DNA of 64,000 bases, taken from NCBI GenBank assembly GCA_905178155.1, contig CAJINV010000005.1:1800054-1864053 (forward strand), given 5' to 3'. The stretch is from Amoebophrya sp. A120 (Eukaryota > Protista > Dinoflagellata). Position numbers and translations under genes: made by a program. Positions within the stretch are counted from its first letter, which is position 1; each line of letters starts with the position of its first letter. Shown here one piece after another: positions 1 through 12,700 of this stretch. The notes under the pieces were generated by a model that had not been told where the DNA came from, did not search any database, and worked only from the letters and a program-made list of their open reading frames with translations.

Positions 1-733
1 CAGCCCTTTAGCCGCGTTGCCGCGCCTGCGCTTGCCCTAGCGGCCTCGCCGCTTTAACGCCTTTTGCGGTCCGGCGTCCAGGACGCCGGCCCGCCGTCAG
101 CCCTTTAGCCGCACGCGGCAAGCAAAGCGAGGGGGCCAGTTGCGAAGCTTATTCTGATCTGGGGCGGCTTCGGCGGCCGGCGTAAAGAAAACCCCCGCCC
201 CTGGATGGGGATGGGACTCACGCTTCCGGGGGCTTGTTTGCGCGGTTTTGCCTCGCGCCCCCCCGCCCATGGCATGCACCAGAAGCCGAGGGGCAAAAGC
301 GTGCGCGAGAAAAGTGGTTGAAGCCGGATAGGATCACCCAGGGCCACGCCCTGCGGGGCTTTTGCTATAAATTACTTAAAAAAAATCCAGCCCTGAACCA
401 ACCCGCCCCGTTCCGACGCCCGACTCAACACCCCCAAAGACGAAACCGACAAAAAGGCCCTGGAGAAGAACCAATCCCGGAAAGATGTCCTGCTGATGTC
501 GCGCCAACAAGCCCCTCACACCCTACCCTCGGGGAAGAACGAAAACCGCTGGGGCCTAGCACGAGACCCACGGCCAAGGAAAGGAAAACAAAAAGACACA
601 CTTTCCCCAAAGATACCAAGGAACCCTGGCAGGCCCAGTTCGTGACCCCCCACGCACGTGTCGGTAGGATGCCCAACCAAGACAAAACATTCTCCACGCC
701 CCCTCCCAAAGAACAAAACATAAGCAGCGCCCG

Positions 734-884
734 CTTATGTTTTGTTCTTATGTTTTTGTCTTATATTTTTTCCTTATATTTCTTCCTTATATTTTTCCCT
801 TATATTTTTCCCTTATATTTTTGTCTTATATTTTTCCCTTATAATTATGTCTTATATTTTCCCCTTATAATTCTCTCTTATAAA
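734..884. repeat. T-rich ~14-bp tandem repeat (CTTATATTTTTCC-like)
   Basis: About 10 degenerate copies such as cttatatttttccc and cttatattttttcc; produces the spurious F/L/I/Y-rich stretch of ORF 234..1031. Confidence 0.85.
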
Positions 885-1069
885 TCCCGCATATCGACCT
901 CGAATAACGACCGCTTTCTCCCTTATAAAGTTCCTTATAATTCCCTTATCCGGTGCATGAGGGATTCCTTACTGAAATCAGTAAGGAATCCGTCATGCCT
1001 CGGATTGGCGAATTATAAGGAACATTTATAAGGAATAAAGCGACGGCGTTAGTGGGCCGATATACGGGA
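885..1069. repeat. ~185-bp imperfect palindrome centred at 976-977
   Basis: Perfect core ggattccttactga-aa-tcagtaaggaatcc. Arms continue gcatga/tcatgc, atccg/cggat, ccttataattc/gaattataagg and tcccgcatatcgacc/ggccgatatacggga. Confidence 0.85.
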
Positions 1070-1629
1070 CTCGAAGAGAGCCCAACGCTGGTCGTCCTCC
1101 GGAGCGCGTTATATATGTTGTGGCCATTTCAACTGGAGATGACAACAACATGACGCGGCGTCCACCGGTGTTTGACATGCAACGAGCCGATCGCGACAAC
1201 CAAAGCAACCTTCATCCCCATGCCCGACATCCGTCTGGGTTTCCAATCATATTGCCTCATGAGACAACACGATGGGAAACATGACGACAAGACCCCCGAC
1301 AGAAACACACACCCCACTCCCATGCACAAGCGCCACCCGATCCCGGTTAGAAAAAAACGACAGCAAATGACCAAAGCCTAGCAAGGCGGACGCGGCAGCA
1401 CCAAAATACCAACACCAAACACGATCGGGGGGAGACGAGTCCACCAGCTTGGCCTGTAACCCACAGAAAACAACAGAACAAAAACGGGGCGCCACCACGA
1501 AGGAGAAAACGGCGCGCGGTGTTTGCCCCTGGCGCGGCAGCAGCGGCTGAGCGCAAAAAGCGCAAACCCAGAAAATTTATAGGCATTCCATAACCCCGCC
1601 TCCGCAGCGGCCGGCCCTGGGTGAGATAG

Positions 1630-3570
1630 GAAAAGCGTGCCCGGCCGGAACGAAAGAGGTGGCAAAAAGTGCCTGCCCGGAAGCTCTTGGCCATCACTCT
1701 TGCCCGGCTGCCCGACCGGAAAGCGATGGGCAAAAGTGATGGCCATGGGGCACTTGGCCAACACTTTTGCGCGACCCGAAAGTGGTGGCCGCGGAGCTCT
1801 TGGCCAACACTTTTGCCCGCACGGGAAGAAATTGGCTGATGGCCGAAAATGACGGCCAGGGAGCTCTTGTCCATCACTTTTGCCCGACCGTACCGGAAGG
1901 CGATGGCCAAAAGTGACGGCCCGGGCAAGGAGCTGCTGGCCACCACTTTTGCCCGCCCGGAACGAAAGTGATGGCAAACGAGCGAACGCCGGTGGCTGGG
2001 TGGCTATGGGGCTCTTGGCCATCATTTTTGCCCGACCGGAAATGGATGAGCAGGGAGCTCTTGGCCATCACTTTTGCCCGACCGGAAAGCGATGGGATGG
2101 CCAGAAGTGATGGCCGAGGACTTTCGCAGGCATGCCCGGGCGAAAAGCGGTGGAAGCGGAACTACTGGCCATCACTTTTGCCCGACAGTAAAGCGCTGGG
2201 CAAAGGTAATGGCCAAGGAGCTGTCGCCACCGTTTTTCTCTGCCCGGCCGAAAAGTGATGGCCAGGGAGCTTCTGGCCGTTACTTTTGCCCGACCGGAAA
2301 GCGATGGCAAAAAGTGATGGCCGCGGAGTTCTCGGCCACCACTCTTGCCGGACCGGAAAGCGATGGCCACGATCGCTTTTGCTCGAACGAAAAGCGATGG
2401 CCGCGGGGCTCTTGGCCATCACGTTGGCCCGGCCGAGAAGCGATGGCCACGTTGGCGGCCAGGGGGCTCTTGGCCATCACTTGCGCCCGGCCGAAAGGCG
2501 ATGCCCAGGAAGGGAGCTCTTCGCCATCACTTTTGCCAGCGCTTGAAAAGGGTTTTTTTATCGAAAGAAACCAGCTTCAAGCTGCTTGAGGCCCCGCGCT
2601 GTCGTCAGGATACGCTTCGCGACAGTATCCTGACGATAGCAGGGGGATTCGGACTCGAGAAAATGGCTTTCCCATTTTTCCAGTCCGAGTCCCCCTGCTG
2701 TCGTCAGGATACTGTCGCGAAGCCCTTCGCGACAGTATCCTGACGACAACAGGGGGGCTCGAGGTTGGGAATGGCTCTCACGCTTGGGCTGCAAGTTGTG
2801 AAAACCGCTCTCAGGTCCGAGTCCCCCTATTGTCGCCCGGATGCCGTCGCGAAGGCTTTCGCGACAACAGACATCCCGACGACAGCAGGGGGATTCGGAC
2901 TTGAGGTCGGTTTTCACAATTTGCCCGCCCAAAGTGATAGCCCTGGGGCTCTAGGCCATTACTTCAGCCCGAGCCAGCGGCCCGCCGGGAAACGATGGCC
3001 AGCGGGCTCTTGGCGAGGACTTTTGCCCGGGCGGAAGGCGATGGCCAGGGAGCTCTCGGCCATCACTTTTGCCCGGCCGGGAAGTGAAGGCTCAGGAGCC
3101 CCTGGCCACCACTTTACCCGGCCCGCCGGAAAATGATGGCACCAGAGGAGCTCTTGCCCACCATTTTTGCCCGGCCGGAAAGTCAAAGGAGTGACCAAGG
3201 GCCCGACCGGAAGCGGAAAGTGATGGCCCAGGAGCTCCTGCCCTTGGCCGTCTCTTTTGCCCGGCGGGCCGGAAAGTGATGGCCAAAATTGATGGCCAGG
3301 CCGGCGGGGGCCCTTAGTTAGCCATCATTTTTGCCCGGCCGGAAAGTCATGGCCAAGGGGCTCTCGGCCATGACTTATGTCCGAGCCAGCGGAAAGTGGT
3401 GGCCGACGAGCTCTTGGCCACCACTGTTGCCCGGCCGGAAAGTGATGGCCAAAAGTTTCAACTTTGCTCGAGCGGAGGTGATGGCCAAGGAGCCGCTCGC
3501 CGTCACTTTTGCCCCGCCCGGCTGGGCAAGGAGCTTCTGGCCATCATTCATTCACATGATTCGGCCACTC
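1630..3570. repeat. Tandem array of ~45-bp self-complementary units (GGCCATCACTTTT-GCCCGGCCGG-AAAGTGATGGCC-AGGGAGCTCTT)
   Basis: Dozens of degenerate copies of ggccatcacttttgcccg and gaaagtgatggcc alternating along the region; interrupted at ~2560-2925 by a different repeat. Confidence 0.9.
2585..2923. repeat. Three tandem ~75-130 bp hairpin units
   Basis: Unit 2 has a perfect 24-bp stem, tgtcgtcaggatactgtcgcgaag (2699-2722) / cttcgcgacagtatcctgacgaca (2725-2748). Units 1 and 3 are variants with the same cagggggattcggact end. Confidence 0.9.
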
Positions 3571-3787
3571 TGGCCATTCTGGTGCTGGCATTCACATGCT
3601 CGCCAGGGCGTGCAGGATAACACTTCGCACGACGGTACGGGGTACAGATAACGGGAACGCGTTCAATCTGTTACACGAAGCGTCTAGATGAGACCTTCTA
3701 AGCACATTCGTTTAGAATTATTTTTCTAGGTGCCTCCTATAGATTATAGCAAAGGGGGAGGCCAAGTTCGTTTCACTATTATTATAA

Positions 3788-6700
3788 TTATGAGGGAAAG
3801 GGGAGTTGTGCACTGTCATACAATTTTTTGAATTCCGAGTATTTCAGATCATGCATCTGCTCATCGTCGTCGTAGCCACCGTGTCTGTGGACCAGTTGCG
3901 ACAGCCAGTCCTCGTTCTGGTCGACCAAGGCATCCCAGGGCTTCCATCCGTTGCCCGTGGCGTGGTACTATCAACTGCAAAAATGTCTGGGTCTGGAAGA
4001 TTGCAACCTGTTTTGTCATGCTGTTTTTGGAATCTAAAAAAATTTGTATTGCAGACCAGCAAGAGGGGAGGTGCGTTTTGTGCTACACGGGCAGGGCATT
4101 TCTCATGCAGAAGGTGCATCAGGAAGCCCTGTAAAAGTCTGCGACGCTAGGTCATGCATTACAGGCATCATGGGTCATGAGAAATATGCATGACAAATCT
4201 ACTTGCATTCTTCCAGACCCAGACACTTTTGCATTTGATAGGTAGTTCATGAGCTGCTCGTTGTCGGAGATCACCAAGCCGATCGGAATGTCGTCCGATC
4301 CCGGGGGTCCGGGTATCTTCAGGTCCGACTGCTGACCCAAATTCGCATTCAGCTTGTCCTCGATGTGCTGTAGCGTCAAATCCTCACCGTCGCCGTGGGG
4401 TTTGAGCGAGGCGATAAGGTTTGTCACTGCTTCCTTGTCGTCAACAGTGGACCCAGGGTCTTCTTTTCCGCCGAGACTGTAAAATAACCCTAGATGCTCA
4501 GGATTGAGGTGCCTGTCGCCTCCGTCACCCTTGATATCGTATGAAAAAAATGCGCTTCACTGTATTTGGATTTGCAAGGTTTACATCAAATAAAGTTTGC
4601 TCAGGACATACGAAGAAAATCAAAATCTCCCATACATGGAAGCGCTTCCACCTAGTGAGGGGGAAGGAGGCTAAAAGTACAAATGAATCCGTATTCTTCA
4701 TCTTGCAAGTGTAGTAGCAAGAGAAAGTAGACTTCTGTGTAGTCTAGCACTAGCTGTAGTTGCGTCCTCTGCATGACACGATTCCAGTGAAACAGCTTTT
4801 TCGTGCGTTATTTGAGAAATATGCTCTCCAATTCGGCAGTGCTGGCAGTTTTGCCGTCCACGCCTTTGATCAGGTCCTGGATCTGCTTGCCCAAATCTTT
4901 GTGATCATCGTCCTCGGGGAAGAAACTTATGCATTGCAAGCATGTCTAGTCCTGGACAAGTCTTGCACCCCTCTTCGGAGAATCTGCTGTCTCTTTAGTG
5001 GATGCTGATTTTTATGATTATGACCGGCAAATTATATTATAAAGTGTAAGTGCTGTCATTTTCATTTCCTCCCTTGGCATGCAGGAAAAGTAATGCGAAG
5101 AGGAAGACGCAGCAAGAACTTTGCGCATGAAAAGCCGTTTCGCAAACTTTTCGACGCTTAAGTGCACAACAGGGGAAGGTGTAAGTGTAACTTTTCGCAA
5201 TGCTCAGCGACGAACGCTGTATTGAAAAATACAGTATCGCAAGTTTCGAAGCCCAGGGGCAGACGAGCAGGTACTGGTACAACATATCTGCAATGCATAA
5301 AATTTGTCTTCACCCAATCTTGTTCCTCGACCGATTCTGCATGTTTCAAAAACCCTGCATCCACGGATATGTGCGGATCGCGATCCCACGGCGTGAACCA
5401 ATTGTAAGGGAAGCCATCAGCATTTCCATTGTCCCCATCTTATCCAAGAAAAAAACACCACCACAGTCACATTTTGGGGGTTTTGCGTCAGAAATTTGTC
5501 TCGCGTGACAATTTTTTTTGTATTGCAAAACACAATAAATGGGAAATTGCGCATAAGTCTTGACTGTGATGTTGCATGTTTGCGCATGGCGCGTATTGCA
5601 AAAGTGTGCAAAAGTGATTGCCATGGTGTTTTTTTCTTGAATACATCTCCCCATTTGTGCAGTAATTCGTCCCAAGCCTCAGTATAAGGTGTTCCGGCCC
5701 CGCCTACGTTTGGAAACTGTTTCCGGAACGAGTCCTGGAAACCGTGCTTGTCCTCGTCCCACAGTGTTTTGAACTCCGACAAGTTCAGGTCGTCGGCTGT
5801 CCTGTTCAAAAACGCACCAGCCGCATACTCGTACATGAACATGTAAATCTGAAATTATTATATTTATATGCGGGAGTAGTTCGCCCATGTGGCTCCTGAC
5901 AAGAGTAAACATTTTCCCATCTACCCCGTGTTCCGGAAGTTGTCGTGCTCTGAAGATCAGGACATCAAGAAAATGGATCTCCTGTCAACAACAAGTGGCT
6001 GTGCTCTTTAATGAACCACAACGATGCTTAAGCTTATGCATGACTTGTAAAGCTGTATGATTTTTTCTGAAGCAGAACTCCGAATCTCATCTTGAGTACA
6101 CATCGACGTGGGGCGGCTAGTACGTTTTTGAACAGGATAGGGTCTCCGCCTTCAGTTGCTTTGTTCTTGAATTCGCCCAGCCACGAGTGGTAGGGGCTGT
6201 GGAAGTAGTCCTGTGCGTGTGTTGTATCGGCTTGATGTGCATTTTCCAAAAAGTGTGTATCCACACTTACTGTCGGATCTGGGGCTCCGCTCGTGAACTG
6301 CGGCAAAAATGATGGAGCCTGCGAAGCTGTTCCCGAGTCCCCATCGCCGATTTGCTTCACCATTACGTCCCAAGCGTCTGACTAATCCCGAACCAAAACA
6401 AACGAATGCTGAACACTATCTATCAGTTGTATCACCGAAATGCAATGCAAATGTTGCAAAATAGTATATATTCTTTACGTCGTTGGTGTTGGAAGTCAAA
6501 GTCAATGGCTTGCCATGCATAATTCGCATTACTCAAGGCCTGCGGAGTACAACATTGGGGTCAAGGAAATATATGCTCATGCTCATCTTCTTCACGACCA
6601 TTCAATTTGTGACGCTGTTATATCGTGAGGGTTAGACTTGTCCTGCTATCTTATCTCTTTGTGTTCTTGTTTCGTTGTTGTCTTGAGATCTTTAGAGCTT

Positions 6701-9700
6701 TGGACAATTTACAACTCTGGATCGAGTGTTGAGCATCGTAGCGCTGGAACATTAGCATACTCTGCCTGCTGGTCATTCCAAAGAATCGGGGGGGCTGGAA
6801 AATGTTGCGTCTCTGGAAACTGTTGCGTGAATGACTTCCTGAAAGCGGGGTCGGGGCCGTTCATCATTTGCGTGAACTCCGACAACGTCACACTTTTGTC
6901 CTCGTCGCTTTGATTTTGAAATGTGTCCAGCCAGTTTTGCTCGGGGATGTCGTCGCCGAGTTCTTTGGCGTAGACGCTCGTGAACGTGTCCTTGTCGTCG
7001 TTTGGTAGCTTTCCTAGTGCACCATCGTCTCCTGGAACTAGCGAGAAAATATCCCCTACAGTTGTGTAGTGCGGGGAACCGGAGGCTTGTTCAGAAGGTT
7101 GGAAGTCAGCCTCCCTCCAGGCTGTTGCACTTGAGGTTGAGCCTGTGATATAGTTATGGAACAAAAAAAAACGACGTCAAAGTGACAACTTAATTGCAAG
7201 TTTGGCTCTTCCTATTCCTTGGTCAGGAAAGTTTTTGTTATTCTGTAAGTGCAGCAACCTACTTGCATGTGACGCATCCATTTGCAAGTACGCACGAAAT
7301 TTTCGTTGACTTGCGCGACTGATGTGCAAAAGTGATTATGATGTGTTTTTTTTTCTTGAATAGGAGACACCCGGGTACGACTCCTTGAAAGTTTCCCGAA
7401 AACGGTTGTGCGGGTCGTCGGGGTCGTCGTCCGCGTCCCACAACTTCCTGAAGTCGTCCTCTTCCAGCTTGAGGTGCTTGTCGGTACTGCTATCGTATGC
7501 TAAATGACCCTCAGCCCTAAATTGAAATGCATATGTGAGGACGGTTCTTCAGGCTTATAGTCCTAGCCGTAGTCGATGCCCTAGTAGTGACAGTGAGCTG
7601 TATCCTCCTGCACTTTCGATCTTTGTTTTGCATTTCATTTTCAATTTCTTTCTTACTAAGAAGTTGCAGTTGAAGTACATATATATTGGAATGTAAAATC
7701 AATTGTGTGCTCGCTTCTTTAGGCGAGCGAGTGACTGTTGTACGTGCTAATTGAGTTCCTGAGAGTAAGTGGCAGGCAAGCTGTGTTTCAACAATTTGCC
7801 ACCAGAACTTGACTAAAAAACACCCGTTTTGATGTCGAACAGCCAAGACTGGGGAGTTGCCTCGGAAAAATTGCACCGGGATGCTCTTAGTCCTTGGCTT
7901 CAGGCGGGACTTGCACTACCTCCTCATCCGTGCTAATCCTACCAACCTCCGCGCAGCCACGAGGTCCAAAACAAGCCGCCTCTGCTTGCCCTTCCTCGTG
8001 TCCAACAGGCTCCTCAAAGCTGGCAGGTCCTAAGAGAGCCTCCTCTGCCCTCCCTTCCTGTCAACACCGCCGCAGCCGAGGCTTTAGCGATGGCACGCAA
8101 ACGCCACCGGGAAACACTGGAAAACACGACGTTACACCCAGCATCGCCCAGTTGCCTTGCCCCTAAACCCTTTACCCTACCCTGAAACCCTTGCCCCCCC
8201 CCGACCGATATTTTTAATAAAAAAAAAACCCAAATGCTATTGACCCTTTTTCCCTGCTCTCCCCCCCCCAAATGATTTCCCTTAGCCGGCTCCAGAGCAC
8301 AGAGCGGTTAGGGCAGAGATTGTTGCGATTCTGTACGAGGACAAGAGCTGATCTAATCTACTTGCGTCTGTCGAATATCTTTATCTTAGATGCTGACGAA
8401 GTGCATCTCTCAGCGATAAAGAAAAACTAAGCTTTTCTATCTCTCAAGCGAAAGCAAAGATTTATATCGTGCTACTACGCTTGCGCGGTTCACACGACAG
8501 AATTCTTGCTTGCGCGGAACACAAGCATGAGAAAATCAAAATTGTTGTACATGTAAGCCCCCATCTACCAAAAATCAAAGTTGCTATACTATCGTCTTGT
8601 CTACGACCATACTTTGGAATGTAAAATCAAGACTGAAGTAATACAAAACAAATTACCGGCTGGGGTGATTTTAGCTGGCATAGTGGGTGGAACCATCGAC
8701 GTAGTTCGGGTCCTCGAACGTTTTTTCCATCCACGCGTCAAACCAGTTTGTGTAATGCGGTTTTGTATGAGAGTGCACAATTTTAGAGCTTGCCTAGCTG
8801 TTAAGTGCGACGCTGTGTAAGTGCAGTGTAAGTAGTAGGATCGGAATTGTGCCACAATTCCGGTTTCCTCATTTGAAGAAAACAAATGAGCAGCAATAGA
8901 AAGAACATGGGCGAAGGAACATGGAGCTTCTGCAGCATGACAAGTTCCTGTGCCGACGCCGACTGCAGTTGTAGTACTATTTAGGATTCAGAAATTTCTC
9001 AAGACCTTGCAAATACTGCCAAAAGGCCAGCACCACAGGGACAGGAGAAGAAGTTGGCGTCTTGCATAACAAGTAACGGGACTGTGCACTATCATATTGT
9101 TTCAGCTTGTCCCAGTGTTCCATGTCGTGCGCAAATTCTGCGCCAGCACCTAAATCTGTCAGCGGGATTTGTTGCCCTTCCTCGAGACCTGGAACTATAA
9201 CGTCGTCTGCAGAGTCGAAGTATGGAGTGAAAATGTGCCTGGGTCTGGAAGGGTGCAAACTTGCGATGCTTTTGCTTGCTCAGCTCTCTGTCAGTCACAA
9301 AAACAAAAATGGCAAAAATGTAAGCGTGGCACTCAGACGAGGGGCAGACTATGCTTGTCGGGTCGTGTCGTCTGAGGGTTACGCTTGCATTACGGATGTT
9401 TTTGTGACTTCTGACAGAGAGCATTGACATTGTAAAGCTTCACTCGCGCAAGCACAACAACCTGTGATGGTAGGACTTGCAGCTTTACAGATCTTCTAGC
9501 CCATCCCCATCACCATGCATAAAATATGCAAAACCTGGTTGCATGACAACCTTGCTTACAGCATTTTTTGGTTTTCCTGCTGTTTTGACCCAGACAACAT
9601 AAGTAGTTGTAATGGATACCGGCCACTTGTCGGTGATTTCCGCAACCGTAATTTTGTGGTCACCTGGCGTGGTGCCCGTATCGATGCTCTTGAGCAATGC

Positions 9701-12700
9701 CTCGACCGCCTCGTCCGCGCCATCTTTCCCAGGCGCAGGCTGCTTTCCCCCAAGCGCGTAAAACGCCGCGAGGTGGTCATTGTCCAAGTGAGAACCTGGA
9801 CCAGGTTGATTTGCGTCTGTGAAGAAATCCCGGAATTCTTGATCCGTCATCTCCTGATCATTCCCACCGGACTTCGCCATTCCATCACCGCCAAAGAGGT
9901 CCTGCATCTGCTCGTGCAGTGGGAATGAGGCCCTGACTTCTTGCCAGTTCTGCAGCCGGCCCAATGCGGAATGGTCGTGTTCGTGGTAGTTCGACAACAG
10001 GTTCTCCACCTTTACGGTATGACCCAGATGATTGATAGCGTTATCGTTTCCCGGGTGGTCCGGAAAAAGTTTTTCGGTGATTTCACCCATACTGATTGTC
10101 GCGTCTGTAACGAGGCCAATGGTCCCCTGGTCGTCCGTGTTTAGGTTTGTCATCAAATGTCTGATCTTGCTCTTCGAACCCAACATTGTAGTAGCATGAT
10201 CCGGGGTTTCCCCACCAAGCATGTAGTAGAGGCCTGCATGATTCTGCTGGAGCCTTTGGTCCGTTCCTCCCGCATTCTCGAAGAAGAAGTCATGTAGTTC
10301 CTGCTCGCTCCATTCTTTATCAGCTCCTCTGGCGTTGTAGAATTCCTCGAGTGGGTCGCTCCTATAAATATTTAATTCGGAGCACAAATGCTGTCAAAGA
10401 TATATTGACTTGTGAGATGTGGAATCGCGGTATTGCTCCGAAGTTCCACTTTCGAGTTCATCTCGTTTTTGTTCTTGATAAAGATAAACCTGAAATCAAG
10501 TCGAATACACCCTCTGCTTTTTACGTTGTGCCGGTGACCTTGTGCAATCACCCTGCACCTGCACGAACTCAATAAATAGGAGTTCCTAAGGAAACTCTGA
10601 AACACAAACAACTGAAATGGCAAAACCAAAATGACTGACTGTCGCAAGATTCATCTACGTGGTCTAGCACCCATTTGAATGAAAAAAAAAAAACTTCCAA
10701 ATCAAATACAAGGTCTGTCCCAATGCGTGCTGCCACTTGTCCGACATGGTCCTATGCATGCGAAATACTTATGTCAGGGCTGTGAAGCGGAGAAACAACT
10801 ACGACAGTCATGAGTTGTTCGTAGTTAACTAGTCACTGACGAAGGATTGATGTCCTCGTTGGGAAAAGATCGGCCGAGGAAGAGGCCCAGCTAGGAAAAC
10901 GCGTATAGCATTTTTCCCACACCTAGCGGCTGTGACTTTAGGTTTACTTTACCCACCTCGCGGAGCTGCATAGACCCGTCATGCCTATGTACATCAACCG
11001 GAGGAGGTACAGCTCCGGAACTTACTTGCTACGAAACAAATGGGCGAAGAGAAGTTTTTACCTTCGATGTTCACCTTCTTCGTGAATCCTATGAGGATCT
11101 GCATGAAAACGAAAAGGAGCGCTCATGACAAGCCAAGTTGCATTTTGATTTTATCCGTTTCGCTTACCCTGGTATATGATACACAATTGGTATGCAGTGT
11201 CCTTTGGCCAATCGTCAAACAACTCCTTCGGCAGATTTTCAAAGTGTTCTCCCCAAATAGAGTCGTGACCGTGCTGCAAGAAGTCGTCATTCAGAGTAAT
11301 GGGAGTCGGATCAGAAGTCCCTGTAGCTGTAGCTGTAGTTTCAACATGCCAGGTTCCTTGCAGGTCTTCGAATGCTTCTTTCGCATCAGCATGACCACCA
11401 GGGAAATCCCCGTCAAACGCCGTGCGGAAGTCCTTGTTGGTCCAATGCGCCTCAAACTCGTCAAAAGTCAATGTAGGAGGATTGTTGGGGTCGTCGAAGA
11501 GATCAACTCTGTGATTCAATTTGATTCAGGAATTTTGATGAATTATGCTTAATTATATGCTTTGTTCCACAAGGGACAAACAAAAGAAACAATGTAAGAA
11601 TGGCACATCCAGATTTGCAGTTTTATGCGAATACGATCTTCATGATGACCAATTTTTATGGTACAGGAATCGTCGGCCCGAGCCTGTGAGTACTACTCAC
11701 CGTACTTCGTACTTAAATGCATCCGGATCTACATGGTTCCTCGACTTGGTCGATCCATTCTAGTATCATGGTATACCGAGTCGATGCCATCGTCTTTGTC
11801 GTGCGCATAGTCCTCTCTTGTTTCTTATTCTTTTCAACAAAATAAATAAAATACATACAGGAAAACTGAACTTCAATTTCAGAACTTGTGATAGATATTC
11901 AATACTTGATGTCGTCCCACCAACCCGAATTAAGAACGTCGTGGACGAAACCGAGGGCAAATACCGAGCAGCGACTATCAAATGCAAATGTGTCCGCTGA
12001 GTCTGCATCTTCCGGAAACCACTTCTAGTTGTGGCACTGCTCATGCTCATTTGTCAATGTGAATAGTGAATCATGGGCAAGCTACAAAAATGCCAATGCG
12101 TAGCCAAGCATGACAGGTTGCGGAGAGGCTACGCTATGCGTTGCCAGAAGCACATGACATGACAAGGTCGAGGTGCTAGCTGCATAGCAGTTCGAGCATG
12201 AGAGACAAATTCTGGGACTTTTCGGCGAGTAGGTGCATCATGTTGACAGATTCAGATTTTGGATTCATGCCAGCCGAGCACGACCAGAAGTCAAATTTAC
12301 GCACCCAGACCCCGACACATACACATTTGAAGTTGATAGCGACTCTCTTTCTGCAGTACTAGACCAATGGCATATGCGAATCCAATCTGCCCCCGACAAC
12401 CACAATTTCTCCACGGAGATAGGTGAACGCACACTACGTTGGTTCGTTGACAAAGGAAGGGCAGCGGCATTTGTCAAATCCAATGACAATTCTGCAATTG
12501 TTTTGGAATAAATATGTTCCGCTTCAAGTAAGTAATGCCTCAGACTCTAGAAATTCTCCACTCGTCAGGATACTTACTTATTAATAGTGTTTGTGATTGT
12601 CTTGTTCTGCATCGTCACATGTTGCAAGAAATGCAAACTGTGGAAAAACAAAATAATTGTTCAACATCAATTCCCTATTTACCTGCTCGTCCCCTTCTTT

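Noticed and set aside
234-1031. 265-aa ORF with an apparent transmembrane region
   Set aside because: The hydrophobic stretch is the translation of a T-rich minisatellite.
2585-2923. CRISPR-like repeat-spacer array
   Set aside because: Units are too long and variable, there are only three, there are no cas genes, and the context is eukaryotic.
1347-3651. Many overlapping ORFs on both strands
   Set aside because: They are by-products of stop-poor GC-rich palindromic repeats; no transposase or other domain motif is visible.
3965-4244. 3-bp TSD model for family A elements
   Set aside because: Redefining the core as TAT..ATA gives perfect 5-bp duplications in other family A copies (tacgc, ctcct, gcgac) and the same excised length.
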